NCBI GenBank assembly: GCA_964106915.2
Contig: OZ066923.1
Reading direction: 5' to 3' (one strand)
Source of the DNA: Podarcis gaigeae
Lineage: Eukaryota
Length of the DNA stretch: 64,000 bases
The notes under the pieces are model-generated. The model worked only from the letters and a program-made list of their open reading frames with translations, searched no databases and was not told the DNA's origin. A program made the position numbers and the translations under genes. Each line of letters opens with the position of its first letter. The stretch's first letter is position 1. Below, piece after piece: positions 27,838-41,539 of the stretch.

Positions 27838-30558
27838 TATTTTTATTTATTTTATTTTTGAAATGGATGGAAAACATTTCACACACACACACTTCGCTTA
27901 CAATAAAGGCAATTGTAAATATACTCTTAACATGTTTCCTGGCAAGTAAATCCTGTTCTCCCCAACAAGGCTTCCCTCTCAAGCATGTGTGCATAGGACT
28001 GCAGCCTAAGGCTATGATTACAAGGAAGCTACTATCAAACAACGGACATTAAAAATCCAGCTGTGACAGGAAAAACTATTACTTTTTTTAAAAGGCAGAA
28101 TAAATGAGAAACACAATCCTATATCATATAGGTTTTGGAGCTTTTCTGTTTTTGGGGGGTTTTTTTAATTACAGAATTAGATAAAACCCTAATAAATTAT
28201 ATCATTCTATGGAAGGTTAGCCATTGCTTTTAAAGTATTTCCAAACAGACTAGCATCATTGATTGCTTAAAGGACACCTGGTTACTGGATGTTCTTCTAA
28301 GAACATTTGTTAATGCCAGACTCTTTTAGGAAACATAAGAGGATTGATCAGGTGAGAGCAGTGTTATGGATTGTTTTGTACAAAATACACAGGATTGTAT
28401 CCAATACTGCGTAAGTGGTGTTCTTCTCATGCAATAGGACTTTTGTTTCCTCTCATCTCCTCTCCTCTCCTGACATGCCCCAAAACCTGCTGTGGAGGTG
28501 AAAGTTTCATTGCACAAGTCTGTTGCATGGGTGGAACAGAAGCATTGGATAAAAACCACAGAATTATATACCAAAAGCAATACTAGTATATTGAATATAA
28601 AGAAATCCTGCAAATTTCCTTCCCAGGACCAATCCTACTATTAGGCTGAATAACCCACAGCAAGCAGATGCTGGGGGGACAGCAGCAGGGCACCAGACAT
28701 TATTCCTGAGCTCGCTTGCCATTTCCCTCTCTTGGAAGACAAAGCTGTGTGTGCTACACATGTTGTGAACCCCCTAAACTAGCCTGTTATGTTCACTTCC
28801 CCATTGCCAATGTTGAAGTAAGATTCAATGGCCAGCCTAGTCACTTTCTGTACATGGAACAGAATAGGTGCCATCTTGTCCTTTGTTCCTCAGGCATTTT
28901 GGGCTGGGCTTGATCCTATCTGATCTCAAATACTACCTTCAAATATGGAAAACTCAGATACTGTAGCTGTTCTTTTGATACTGACCATATATAAGCCTAC
29001 TCAAGCTGAATTTGTGGTGCGGAATTTGTGAAGTGTGACTTTTAATACAAAATACAGACCTTCATGTTGTAAAATACAACATTTATAAAATTGAGCAATT
29101 ATTATATTTATTAATAAGAACAACTTTGGGGAAAATTTCAGATATTTATATTTTGCATCTGCAGCATAAAGAGAAACAAACTGGTGACATAAACTGCAGT
29201 TAAATAGTTTGCAATTTGAATAATTATATATATTTATATTTCAAAATGGAGAAATACATTTGGGAAGTTTCTAAATATTTGCACCCTATTTCACACCAGT
29301 ATATCACCTTTGCTCAGTACACAGACTTGGAACACTGGGAAGATACAGTACATACAGGCGTTTTTTTCCTAGAAAAAGAGGTGCTGGAACCAAAGTTGTT
29401 GAGTTTGCCCCACCGCCAAGGCAAAATAACATGAACTGCCACCTTATGCCACTGACGGCCATGTCGCTCCAATCACCATGCCACCCACCACCTCCAAAAC
29501 ACAGTCCCAAGTGCCATGCCGTGGAACAGCACCACAATGCCACAAAGGTGTTGGAATGCAACCAGTAAGTGACAGAATGCACAAAAGAGGTGCCAGAACT
29601 CAGTTCCGGTGACTTCTGGCTTTCAAAAAGTATGACCCCCTTCCAGGAACATCAAACAAATCTATATTCTCTGATGTGAATGAGAGGGACCTATTATACT
29701 ATTTAAAAAAAATGTTTCCCACTGAAGTTAGCAGAATCTGTTTTCTTTTGAATACAGTTGAGAGAGAAAAACATTTCATCCATTTGATCTTTTCAACATT
29801 GCTCAGATATATGTCAAAAAACTAATTACTTAAATCTTCTCAAGAGATGGGAACTATTAAGATAGTTCTAACAATTACATCTTATGTTTCCTATAAAAGA
29901 GAAAGTATAATTCAAAATTTATCAGTTTAGTCATCTATGCAAAAAAAAAAAAAAAAAGAAATGTCTTTCAACTCTACAAGTCTATGATTTTTCTGACTTG
30001 ATTATATGTATACTACTCACCATTTTTTAGTTTTTAAGAGCCACTGAACATGATGCTACTTTAGAATTAGTCGGGAAGATTCAGTATAATGTTATGTCAT
30101 TAAGTGCAGCACGTAAGCCTGCACACACAAAAAGTTTTTTAACTTCCATTCTTAAAAATAGTAATTCTAAATCTATGTAGTTTTACTGACAGTATCAGAC
30201 AATGGCTGATATTCCCAGTAAATAACAAACTCCACAACTTGAGAAGATTCTGAAGCAAATGCTTGCAATTTCTGATCTGGCAAATTCTGATGAGTTTTGC
30301 TAAAATGAGGTTTGCTCCTGACTTCAGTTGTCTGCACTATACAGTACAGTAAGTCACATGTGCATTTTTCATTTTGTGCTTGTAGAAAGCATATTTCTAG
30401 CTATGAATCTTAAGGAAGAGGAAGAAATGGAGGCAAAGATATTCAAGGGGAAAGTGCTAATTTAAATAAATATTTCCCATAGGAAATGGGTTTTTTTAAG
30501 TGTTTTAATTTATGCCAAGAATTATGTCAAACCAAAACTGTATTTTATAAGACAACTG

Positions 30559-30782
30559 CCGTATTTTTCACTCTATAAGACACACCAGACCATAAGATGC
30601 ACCTAGTTTTTGGAGGAGGAAAACAAGAAAAAAAAAGATTCTGCTTTTGCTGTGCAGTGATCCCTCCTGCTCTTCTGGCTTCTGGGCTAGCTGCACAGCC
30701 GGCATTCGCTCCATAAGACGCACACACATTTACCCTTACTTTTTAGGAGGGAAAAAGTGAGTCTTATAGAGCAAAAATACGG
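30559..30782. mobile_element. Tc2/pogo-like MITE (CCGTATTTTT TIR)
   Basis: TIRs CCGTATTTTTCACTCTATAAGAC / GTCTTATAGAGCAAAAATACGG, with right flank TA and left flank TG. It lies about 100 nt into the intron after exon 4. Confidence 0.85.
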
Positions 30783-30880
30783 TAATATCTTTTCCAAAAT
30801 AATATACTGCAAATCAAGTTTGAAGAAGTACCTTTCCAGTACTATCTCTGATGATGATGATGATTATGGCTTTTTCTTAC

Positions 30881-30953
30881 CTTCCGCAGAAAGACCTTGG
30901 ACATTTACTCCTCTGGCTGCCAGAAAGTTAAGGCAGACATCAACATTCTCAAT
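30881..30953 (-). CDS. NAV3: NAV3 coding exon (exon 4 equivalent), CH domain
   Basis: 73 nt encoding IENVDVCLNFLAARGVNVQGLSAE(E). TTTGCAG acceptor, GTAAG donor, phase 0 to 1. Confidence 0.96.
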
Positions 30954-31519
30954 CTGCAAAATGAACATGAAATAGCAAAGCAGTTAAAGGCTATTTTGCA
31001 AGATGGACTTGAATGCAGCAAAGGGAGGGGGGGGGAGAGAAATGAATACTTTGCATTCATCACATACTCCAGTTCTTTAGTAAAGTTTAACAAGAATGAT
31101 TACTGTTAATTGGTCAGCTGCTATAAAAGCTTTCATTGTCCACTTTGGTGCTTAAAAACAATTCATAAAGGCTTGATCCAGAATGGCACACTGACAAATC
31201 AGCAACCCACCTACTTACCATAAAACTGGATTCTGTACACAAAAATAAGCAACAATGGACAATACTGCAGCGTGTGTACAAAGTCGTGGGTGAACAGATG
31301 ATTCAATGACAATGTGTCAAGAGCAAAATGGAAAAAATGGGTTGTAAAAAGTATGGGATAAGGTGTGATATCAGAAGATATTATTTACTAAGCTTTGTGA
31401 GTGAGCTTTGTATGTGTTATTATTTAAACTAAATTAAATAATGACAATAATACTTCAGTAATATTATATGATTATCACCACCACCACCATTATCTCTTGA
31501 ATTCCTTCATGTTAATCTA

Positions 31520-31883
31520 GGGACGCAGGTGGCGCTGTGGGTTAAAGCCTCAGCGCCTAGGGCTTGCTGATCAGAAGGTCGGCGGTTCGAATCCCTGCGG
31601 CGGGGTGCGCTCCCGTCGCTCGGTCCCAGCGCCTGCCAACCTAGCAGTTCGAAAGCACCTCCGGGTGCAAGTAGATAAATAGGGACCGCTTACCAGCGGG
31701 AAGGTAAACGGCGTTTCCGTGTGCGGCTCTGGCTCGCCAGAGCAGCTTTGTCACGCTGGCCACGTGACCTGGAAGTGTCTCCAGACAGCGCTGGCCCCTG
31801 GCCTCTTAAGTGAGATGGGCGCACAACCCTAGAGTCGGACACGACTGGCCCGTACGGGCAGGGGTACCTTTACCTTTACCTTT
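31520..31883 (+). mobile_element. Sauria SINE, full length (subfamily with GGGCAGGGGTACCTTT 3' end)
   Basis: tRNA-like head GGGACGCAGGTGGCGCTGTGGGTTAA, B box GGTTCGAATCC, (ACCTTT)n tail, and TSD TTAATCTAG (31512-31520 / 31882-31890). Confidence 0.92.
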
Positions 31884-31905
31884 AATCTAGGAAACCTGTT
31901 TCATT

Positions 31906-32039
31906 AACAATGGTTTGCGTATGAAGACCCCCAAGACCTCCCGCAAACAATGGTTTGCGTATGAAGCAAACAAGACCTCCCGCAAACAATGGTTTGCGTA
32001 TGAAGCAAACAATGGTTTGCATATGAAGACCCCCAAGAC
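31906..32039. repeat. Irregular tandem repeat: four copies of AACAATGGTTTGC(G/A)TATGAAG
   Basis: Four 21-mers with variable spacers built from ACCCCCAAGAC, CTCCCGCA and CAAACAAGAC. Confidence 0.9.
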
Positions 32040-32746
32040 ACAGTTGACACCAATATTAGTTTAAGGTTACTGGCATAATTTTGGCCACAACTTTATTGAT
32101 TACTGAATGTGAGTGGTTCGCTTAGGCATTGATTCAACTAGCTGCACCTACACCTCTGGCAGGGCAGCACTGACAACTGGACACCGGCAGAAGTCAGTAA
32201 GGGTAAACAGACTGGGGGAGCATTGGTCCTACCACAGACGTAACCTCACCCCAAAATGCTCCTAGGTGCTGTGGCGTGGCCCTAACCCCTGGAAGGGGAT
32301 CGTACAAAAGCATGGCAAGCGCCTGGATTCCTTTAAAAGAATACCCTATTGCACATTGGGAGGGGCAGGTGTGTCAACCTCCCCTCACCACACCTTGAAC
32401 CAATGCCTAACCTCCAAACCTTACAAAGTTGTGACAATTTGCTACACAGGAGGCGAAACCCAAGTGGCACCAGCCAATCAGCCAAATGGGGAAATTCCTA
32501 CTGGGCCCCTGCCCCAAACGCAGATGACCCACAACAGCATAGCAAGGTCATAGCAAGACCCTAAATATAGGGATTTGGGCGGGTGAACCGGTGCACGAAG
32601 CGCTAAGAGGAAGCTCGACGCAACGTGCAGTTGTATAAATAGGTCCCCCAGCTGCAAATTCTCTCGACCCCATTGGCCAGAATTACCCCAGCAACTGAGG
32701 GACCCAATTGGGTTGTGGTGGCTATCCAAACAATCCCACCCACACA
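32017..32746 (-). mobile_element. Probable solo LTR, sense to NAV3
   Basis: GC-richer block starting TGTG on the minus strand, with minus-strand AATAAA at 32092-32097 about 75 nt from its end. Candidate flanking direct repeat AATGGT. The left boundary is uncertain. Confidence 0.5.
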
Positions 32747-35156
32747 AATGGTAAAGTCAGTTTTAGTGATTTCACTGCAGCATGTGCCCTCCATGAAGAG
32801 GACATGATTTTTCATGAAGTTCCAGGTTCATTCTAGGCTTATCTACCACTGGTTTATCAACTTACATATTTGTGAAGCATAGCTATTTCATAGGGAAATG
32901 ATGAAGGAACAAATGACTTCTGAAAAATAATATTTTAATTATAGAATCCCCCCCCCCATCAACCCACCAGAAGCTCCTTTTAACACTTGGGCTATTCACT
33001 CCATCCATAAAAGCTCAGAGTAAACTGCATGCCAAAAGTATAGAAGGCTATATTTTATGCTGGAAAGAACACACCAAGTTACTGCAATGAAAAACAAAAA
33101 ATTTTCAAAGTAGTTCTTCATGTAAGATGTGAAACAGCATCCAAAGGACAACTATCATCTGTCAGGGCAAGGGTGAAAACATCTCTCCCAAGTATGTTTT
33201 GCTAAGACCAACAAAATGTAAATAATATAATAGCTAACACATTAAACTAAACATATTGGTCTATATTTTAACGACACTTTCATATAAATCTGGACTAACT
33301 TCACTGAAGTAAATATGCAGAATTCAAAATTACCCTGCTGCATGTAAAGTCTGAAGTGTCATTTGATAGAATGTTAAATGATGTTTACTGGAGATAATTG
33401 TATAAGCACAAAACTGGTATTTTTTATATAAAAAAAATCAAAACTGAACTTGCTATGAATATCTTCATTTATATGAAGAAATACTTCCGCACAGTAATTA
33501 ACAGCATCATTGATATTTGCAGAGGTGGTTGCAAGAAAAAGAAAGCTCTGTGAAGAAGTTTGGACACTTCTGTAAACATATTTCCTGTGTTAAGCGTCAA
33601 TTTATTCAAAAACAAAATTGCCTTTTATTGCACATATGGTTACCGAATAATACAGGGGGCTTTTTGCAGCGGGTTGCTGACACAACAATAGAAGGGGCAA
33701 GAAAAAGCAGATTAATTAATCCTTTTTGAACAATTTGTTAACTGTTTCTAGATTCTTGAGTGTGAAGTCATGTATAACAATATAAGGACTTACACATGTC
33801 CATGGTGTTATTACATCTGCATTTGCTGAATAAAACAAACTAGTGCAGCTTAACAGGTAGAACTCAGTTCAAATCCCACCCCAGCCAAGAATTCACTATT
33901 TCATCAAAAGCAAACCACTAATCCTTTTTGCTCTCAGGCCTCATTAGCAATATGAGGATAACCACAGTCACCTTCCCTAACAGTATCTTGCAAAGATCAC
34001 CAAGATAATGTTTAAGAACTACACTGAACGCTTGAAATGTGCTACATAAATACTGTTAGAAGATCCAGCATGACACTGGGTAATAAATTATTGGGGTTAT
34101 TTTTCACTTTCATTTCCACTCAGTAATAAAAAAAAACAACACTTCAAAGTTTAACCATTTTGAAGCTTTCATTGTGTACATAAACGCTGCTTTAATTACC
34201 TTCTCTTTTGCCTTGGCAAACCACAATTATTCTTTGAACTCAGACCCCAGCAGCCCTAAACACATTTTATTCAAACTTACAAGCAGATGAAAATAATTTA
34301 AATTTTGCAGTTGCAGAAGTTCGAATAGACTTTATCCAGCTTCTAAGCTCTCCATACTGTTTCAATCAGAGCTAGCTAGAATGGGTCTCTGAAATCAATG
34401 TTTACTAAAGGAGCAAATTTTAGGGTTAATGTAGTATACAGTACAGTTTTACTTCCTACTAGAACTTCTTAGTAATACTTGTCTATATTGTTGGGTTTTA
34501 CATAAGGCAGGATAGTCACTGTGTCAACATAACACAAAACAACAAAACAACAAATATGGTCCATTTAAAAAAATAAATCAGTCCTACAATGTACCTAGTG
34601 TGTGCATCTCTATCCTGGGATCAGCCAATCCATCCTCTGTAATCTCACTGAATTCTGTGATAAACTGCTGTGAGCAAAGCAAATATTACGAGAATTGTGG
34701 CTTATGCAATATTAAAGCTACAAATCTTACAAGTACTGAATAAAAGATTTCTGTGAAAAGTTCAGAAAGGGCTGTAACTAAAGCAAGAAACTAAAACAAT
34801 ATAAAAAAGAAAGGCAAGTCCAATGTACCCAAAGGAAATTTTAAAGGCAAATAGGGTTGAGACTCATAAAAAAGTTAAGTACCTGTTACTAGAGACAGGA
34901 GTACTACGTTCATCACAGCTCTTTCCCACTAAGTTCACTAGTGAGAGTTGAGGGTGCTATGTGCCTAAAACTTTGAGAGATGAAGGAATTTGGAATTTAG
35001 ATTGAAGGTTTAATATTCTTTTGGGACCCAGTTTATTTCTTTTTAAGAAGAACTTAATATTTGTAGTATAAATATAGAAGATTGTTATAGTTGTTCAAGG
35101 GGTTAGGACTATGGCTGGAAGAGATTAGATGCAGCAACCATATTGAATCTGACCAT

Positions 35157-35447
35157 AAAAGTAAAGCTACCCCTGACCGTTAGGTCCAGTCGCAGACGAC
35201 TCTGGGGTTACATGTTCATCTCACTCTATAGGCCGAGGGAGCTGGCGTTTGTCCGCAGACAGCTTCTGAGTCATGTGGCCAGCATGACTAAGCTGCAGCG
35301 CACAGAAACACTGTTTACCTTTCCGCCGGAGTGGTACCTATTTATCTACTTGCACTTGATGTGCTTTTGACCTGCAAGGTGGGCAGGAGCTGGGACCGAA
35401 CAGCAGGAGCTCACCCCTGTTGTGGGGATTCAAACCACCGACCTACC
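35157..35447 (-). mobile_element. Sauria SINE, 5'-truncated and diverged
   Basis: Reverse complement of the SINE body (CCCCTGACCGTTAGGTCCAGTC ... GGGATTCAAACC). Confidence 0.85.
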
Positions 35448-36179
35448 AATAGGTAATTAGAAAGACAATAGGCTATTAGGATGACAACAAGCTATCTACT
35501 ACCTACAGATTGTCCCATTATGTAAAAATATTAGCAATGCACATTCCGAATTCATCCCTGTGAAGCAAAAGGTTAATTTCCCCCTTTTGAGGTGCTTGAA
35601 TGGAATACAAGGTGAGTATTTCATACAGTATCTTAATATTTTACAAAAGAATAATTGCAAATCAAAATTTAGTTTGAGCATATGTCACTATCCAGTAACT
35701 GCAAGTAAATAAATTTACATGAATAATTCAGTTGTTGGATAGAAACTCACCACTGGCTTATCTTAAAAATGTATATTCTTTATCATTGATTTTCGTATTA
35801 CTAAGAGTTGCTTTCATCTCCTTCCTCTGGCAGATTGCACCTTCTCTGCTTCCAAACATAATGAATTATAGCATGTACATAGGATAATTAATGATGACTA
35901 ATACAACTATATATTATTCCTTCCTTTCCCTGAGATTAATCAGTTCCATAAATATGACAATCTGCCAGATTCTCAAGCCTTTACTAAAGAAAATATACTT
36001 GTGAGAGCCCAGAATCTTAAGCACGCTTAGAGAAGTATTTTATTTAAAGAAATGAGGGACACTTCTAAGGAAATGTGACAACGATTAACGATTAAAAGAT
36101 AGATTTGTTACGTTTCTGAGTTTTTGCATCCATTGCCAAAAGTAGATTTAAAAGCCCCAAAGATTGATGAAGAGCTTGG

Positions 36180-36311
36180 NNNNNNNNNNNNNNNNNNNNN
36201 NNNNNNNNNNNNNNNNNNNNNNNNNNNNNNNNNNNNNNNNNNNNNNNNNNNNNNNNNNNNNNNNNNNNNNNNNNNNNNNNNNNNNNNNNNNNNNNNNNNN
36301 NNNNNNNNNNN
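36180..36311. other. Assembly gap (132 N)
   Basis: Run of N. Confidence 0.99.
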
Positions 36312-36837
36312 TTATGAAGTTGTGATATGGATTCTGTTAAACTCATTTGGGGAGTGTGGAGTCTTTTCTTGGGTAATTCTAAGCAAAATATCCTTAAATT
36401 GGATAGGAAGGTTATTTGACATGAAGTATTCACAGAGACAAATAAAGGCTTTCCATCGATTATATGCACTTTTGTTACCTACTTGTCTTTTCCAGTTTCT
36501 CTGCGTATTCAACTCTTAAGAGATTCTTGAGTAATCTTAACTCATGGCCCTGAGGTCTGGGGCTGAGATCCAACAGAAAATGCCACTGGCAAAACACAGG
36601 AGGCTATATTGACTCAACAGGAGGTGACCTGTGTCACCTCTCATGCCGGTCTGGAGAGGCCCCCAACACTTTGAAGCACATTTTCAGAGTGTACAAGGGA
36701 CTGCTGGGGAAATGGGAATCAATGAAAATAACCACCCTCCTTCTGCAAGTGTGAACATCCGGGCATGGGGGTGGGAGATACTCCAGCAAGCCTACGTCTA
36801 GTTAGGATCCAAGCTATCGTACCAAAGGGCAGAAGTA

Positions 36838-37079
36838 CAGTGGTACCTCGGGTTACATATGCTTTAGGTTACAGACGCTTCAGGTTACAGACTCCGCTAA
36901 CCCAGAAATAGTACCTCGGGTTAAGAACTTTGCTTCAGGATGAGAACAGAAATTGTGCGGCGGCGGCACAGCGGCAGCAGGAGGCCCCATTAGCTACAGT
37001 GGTGCTTCAGGTTAAGAACAGTTTCAGGTTAAGAACGGACCTCCAGAACGAATTAAGTTCTTAACCCGAGGTACCACTG
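36838..37079. mobile_element. Tc1/mariner MITE, opposite orientation to the 14219/41063/55627 copies
   Basis: Perfect TIRs CAGTGGTACCTCGGGTTA / TAACCCGAGGTACCACTG with TA on both sides. Confidence 0.92.
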
Positions 37080-37207
37080 TACATGTTATGAAGCTCCATT
37101 ATTTCATAATGCTAATGTGGAAAGCGGTGCTTAATCCCTTTCTGTGTCATATGGCAGCCATTATTCCTCCATCTCTAGGTGTGTGAATTGAACTGAATAC
37201 TCATGTA

Positions 37208-37439
37208 CAGTGGTACCTCGGTTTATGAACTTAATCTGTTCCGGAAGTCCGTTCTTAAACTGAAACCATTTTAAAACTGAGGCGTGCTTTCCCTAATGAG
37301 GCCTTCCACTGCCGATGCCCTTCCACCATTCAGATTCCATTCTTAGACAGAGGCAAAGTTCTCAAACTACTTCTGGTTTTGCAGAGTTCGTAAACCGAAT
37401 CATTCATAAACAGGGCTGTTCTTAAACCAAGTACCACTG
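37208..37439. mobile_element. Tc1/mariner MITE, related subfamily
   Basis: TA|CAGTGGTACCTCGGTTTA ... AAACCAAGTACCACTG|TA. The internal sequence differs from the neighbouring copy 130 bp away. Confidence 0.85.
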
Positions 37440-39485
37440 TAGTACAATTTTATACATGTAAGGTCTACCTATTTTCAATCGAGCTTAATCAAAGCTAAAT
37501 ATACTATGTTGCAATCATAGGATTGCAACATCAAACACAAATTGAGTATTATTATCCTAAGCATAATTACCATTAAAACAGAACTAAAGCTTTTTGAAAT
37601 AAACACATTTTGAAATAAACACAGTCCAGATAGATAAATAAAGTAACACCAGGGTGACACCAAGTTCTAAGTGGGGGAAAGCCCCACAAGAAATGACAAC
37701 TGATCTAAGAATGGGAAAATAACCAGAAAATCAGCTGTTTCAAAAATACAGCATTTTTCTTTTGTTTCAGAATGAAAAAATGCAGGATAATCCTTAACGT
37801 ATGCCTTTTTAGGAAGAGGGAAAGCGAGAGAATGAGGGACACTCACACATGATATAATGATAAATATGGTTCTTATAAGGTGCCATATTAATGTATGAAA
37901 TGAATGTGTTGTTACATCAGTACTGATTAGAAGTGTTATACAGCTGTTCATCACCAGAGGAACCAAAGCAATATAAAATGGGCATAAATAAACTAACCAT
38001 GTCAAAGAGTGCAATGCAATAAAACAATATAATCATAAAATATCTTAAAAGCTATTATGCATTATGTGGTTGCTAACGTTAATAGCAAACAATGGGTGAA
38101 GAAAACAGCTTTTCCTGCAACTATTACTGGTTATTTTCTTTCTTCTCCTTCTTCTTCGGAGATCACTTGTACCCAATTAAGATTGTCTTCCATGAATGTG
38201 GTCTTAACAGTGTGCATGTCCTTAAGTGACTGTTGTTCAGACTGGCTATTTTACAGGGTTTGCTAACCTGTGGCACTTCAGATGTTGCTGAACTCCCATT
38301 ATCCCTGGCTCCTGTTTTAAAGTCCTTTGTGAAATGAATTATCTTCCCTTACACTCCTTGGGGTTTTTGCCCTTGTGTATTCTTGACTGTTTATACCCCA
38401 TTTGCCTCCATCCAGCATACTGATTTAACCAAAAAACCTTTCCACTGTCTTTGCATAACCTTTTCTGTCCTTGGATATAAGTGATTCCCCCACTTTTCCT
38501 TCCTCTTTTTCAGTCTTCTGCTTCTCTTTATATCTTTCTGAAGTTGTGAGACACATGCAGAAGAGAATCATAATTTCCTAGGAGGAAAATCAGCAAACCA
38601 GTCAACCATCTTAAGCACTCACTACATCAGTGAGATTTCCCCCCCTCTTGTTGTTATGTAGATCTCCTGGGTGCATGTTATCAGCTTATACAGTTTGCTA
38701 AGTCAGTCAGGTTTCCAGACAAGGTTAAGTATTTTTGAGTATTTGCAGTAGATAAACCTAAAACTCAGCGTGACCAAGTAACAAGGAAGCAGATATACAA
38801 ACGACAGCTATGCATGATATGTTGGTGAAATATTTCTGCTTAGAAACAAATAACACCAGGTATGCAGAACTCCTTCTGGGCAGGCTTTTTGAGGAAATGA
38901 TGCTGAACAAGAGATTAAATGCTATCCCAAGGCCAGCCGCAAAGATGAATAGATACTGCTGTGAAATGTCACAGTTTGCTAACAGAACTTAGAATGCCCT
39001 ACTTGATGGAAAGCCCAAGGCTATTAGTTGTTGTTCTTGGTGGTGGTGGTGGTGGTGAGGAGTTATATGTCCAAGGACAGAGAAACATTTAAAATTGGGG
39101 GTTTAAAAAATTGCAGTCTTCAGCTGCTGGGGTTGACACACCACCACTGAAAAATAAGCAATGGTGGCAAAAGGGGGGGGAAGGGGGGAGTGAGACAAGG
39201 GGCCAATTTTGGAACTTTCATCTCAGGCCAACTCACAATTAGACAATGTGGTTCAACAATCTCAAGCATCCCCTAAATCTCTTCTGGTAGTGGAATCCCC
39301 CAATCCTCCAGAGCAAATCTGGGGGCAGCAGGGAGCACACAAGGGGAGGAGGGGGAATTCTCATTGCACCAGCAAGAATCCTTGCACTGACTTCCATGGG
39401 AACAAGAGGTTAGCACAATATGGTGCATGGGAAGCTGCCTTATACTCATTCAGACTATTGGTTTATCTAGCTTTATATTCTACAT

Positions 39486-39663
39486 CAGGGGTTGTCAACC
39501 TGGTTCCTACTAGTGGGTGTTTCAGGATTCTAGGTGGGCGGTAGGGGGTTCTACATCACAAGCTGAATCCTCCTTCTATCAAGCACTGGTGGGCGGTAAG
39601 GAAATTTTACCATCAAGAAAGATGCATTAGTGGGCGGTAGGTATAAAAAGGTTGACTACCCTG
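39486..39663. mobile_element. hAT (Charlie-like) MITE
   Basis: CAGGGGTTGTCAACC ... GGTTGACTACCCCTG with 8-bp TSD TTCTACAT/TTCTACAC. Colinear with the 10966 copy. Confidence 0.88.
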
Positions 39664-39810
39664 TTCTACACAGACAGGATTTCAGACTGAAGACTTTTCC
39701 AGGAGATTCCAGGAATTGAAACAGTGGTCTTCTTGACTAAGAAGCCTGTGCTCTAAAGGAAACTGCAGAAGAGGGTGGAATGATGGGACGTTGCTGTGCC
39801 ATGAATGCAT

Positions 39811-40107
39811 TAAAAGGTAAAGGGACCCCTGACCATTAGATCCAGTCGTGACCGACTCTGGGGTTGGGGCGCTAATCTTGCTTTATTGGCTGAGGGAGCT
39901 GCCGTATAGCTTCCGGGTCATGTGGCCAGCATGACTAAGCCGCTTCTGGTGAACCAGAGCAGCGCACGGAAATGCTGTTTACCTTCCCGCCGGAGCGGTA
40001 CCTATTTATCTACTTGCAATTTGATGTGCTTTCAAACTGCTAGGTTGGCAGGAGCAGGGACCGAGCAACAGGAGCTCACCCTGCCGCGGGGATTCGAACC
40101 GCCGACT
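39811..40107 (-). mobile_element. Sauria SINE, 5'-truncated
   Basis: AAAGGTAAAGGGACCCCTGACC ... GGATTCGAACCGCCGAC is the reverse complement of the 52860 copy. Confidence 0.9.
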
Positions 40108-40914
40108 GCTTAGCTCTAAGCTTCTCTCTCCTAGGCTGTTGATGGTGGGCTGTTCCTGTTTGTTGCTACTGCCAATAGAGAAAGTGGAAGTGCTTAAGTC
40201 AGCATTCATGTAGTAATACATCTTATTTGAATAAACGTGAGTTGTTTGGTGCCTGCTGCTTCAAGCATTTTGTTTCTTATGAGTCAGGCCTCTTAAGGTC
40301 TAGGCAGATAAATTGCAAGTCAAATCAAGACCCTGGTTTCTGTTCCTTGGGGATACAGTAGCTATTTGTTTCATAGCTGTATAGGGACGTATCATTGTAT
40401 CATTTATCCCAAGTCCAGCTTACACTTGGTTCTGAATTTCAGTTTAATAATACACATTGAAGGGGGGAGTTTATATAATATTGCTATTGATGTTATTTTA
40501 AGTGGTGGGTAGCATTCTGCACATTCTTTGTATCTTTAGCATGCTAAAACGTTTCCTTTCAAACAATCATATAAATAGACTTTGATGAATCCGACATATT
40601 TTTCTAATCCTTCTGTTACCCTGAAAGAAATTTATTCATTCCTGCAACAAACAGGTGTGCCTAGAATATTTCTTAGAGTCAACTACTGTCTTGGTATGTT
40701 TACAAGACCAAGTAACAGAGTTTGATTATAGCATACTTTTGTGCTCAGATAAACACATTCAGAAAACAAACTGTCTAATTGTGAATAGTTTGCTGTATTT
40801 TTGTTACAAGGCATGCCAGTTTTACTAAATCACATTACCAACAACACAATGCAATGCAATGCAACCAATACAGGCCCAATTCACTAGCTATGTACGTAAA
40901 TTATATTATTAATA

Positions 40915-41510
40915 TTTATTAAATTTGTATACTGCCTTTCATCTAAAGAAGCCAAGGCAGTTCACAACATAAAAATACAAAAGGAGAATACAAAATATAC
41001 ATGATAAAGCAAAAACAAACCAATAACCCCACACTTTCACAAACACATTTAAAAGCCATATACAGTGGTACCTCGGGTTAAGTACTTAATTCTTCCCGGA
41101 TGTCCGTTCTTAACCTGAAACTGTTCTTAACCTGAAGCACCACTTTAGCTAATGGGGCCTCCTGCTGCTGTTTTGTTCTCATCCTGAAGCAAAGTTCTTA
41201 ACCCGAGGTACTATTTCTGGGTTAGCGGAGTCTGGAACCTGAAGCGTATGTAACCTGAGTTACCACTGTAATGTTAATCAGTTGAACACCCAGTTAAAGA
41301 AAAATACTTCACCTAAAGATATGCAATGAAGGAACCAGCCAAAGCTCCCTGAGGAGAGCGTCCCACAAATGGGGAGCAAACACAGAAAAGGCCCAGTCTC
41401 ATATTGTCACTCTCCAGATATCTTGGGTCAGTTTATATGGCGAGAGGCAGTCCTTGAGGTACTGCAGTCCTAAGCCATTTAAGGCTTTATAGGTCAAAAC
41501 CAGCACTAAT
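40915..41510 (-). mobile_element. L2-clade LINE 3' fragment interrupted by a MITE
   Basis: Reverse-complement homology to 13700-14135 (TTTATTAAATTTGTATAC..., AAGGCTTTATAGGTCAAAACCAGCAC). Boundaries approximate. Confidence 0.6.
41063..41268. mobile_element. Tc1/mariner MITE nested in an L2-like fragment
   Basis: TA|CAGTGGTACCTCGGGTTAAG ... TACCACTG|TA, with LINE-like sequence on both sides. Confidence 0.88.
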
Positions 41511-41539
41511 TGGTTGCAAGTACCCTCAACCCAGATCCT

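Noticed and set aside
31520-31600. tRNA gene (A/B boxes)
   Set aside because: It is the tRNA-derived head of a Sauria SINE that continues into SINE body and tail. The same applies at 52860 and 56896.
31906-32039. CRISPR-like repeat-spacer appearance
   Set aside because: This is a eukaryotic intron, the spacers are short, unequal and copies of each other, and there are no cas genes.
36092-36519. ORFs spanning X residues
   Set aside because: Artefacts of the N gap.
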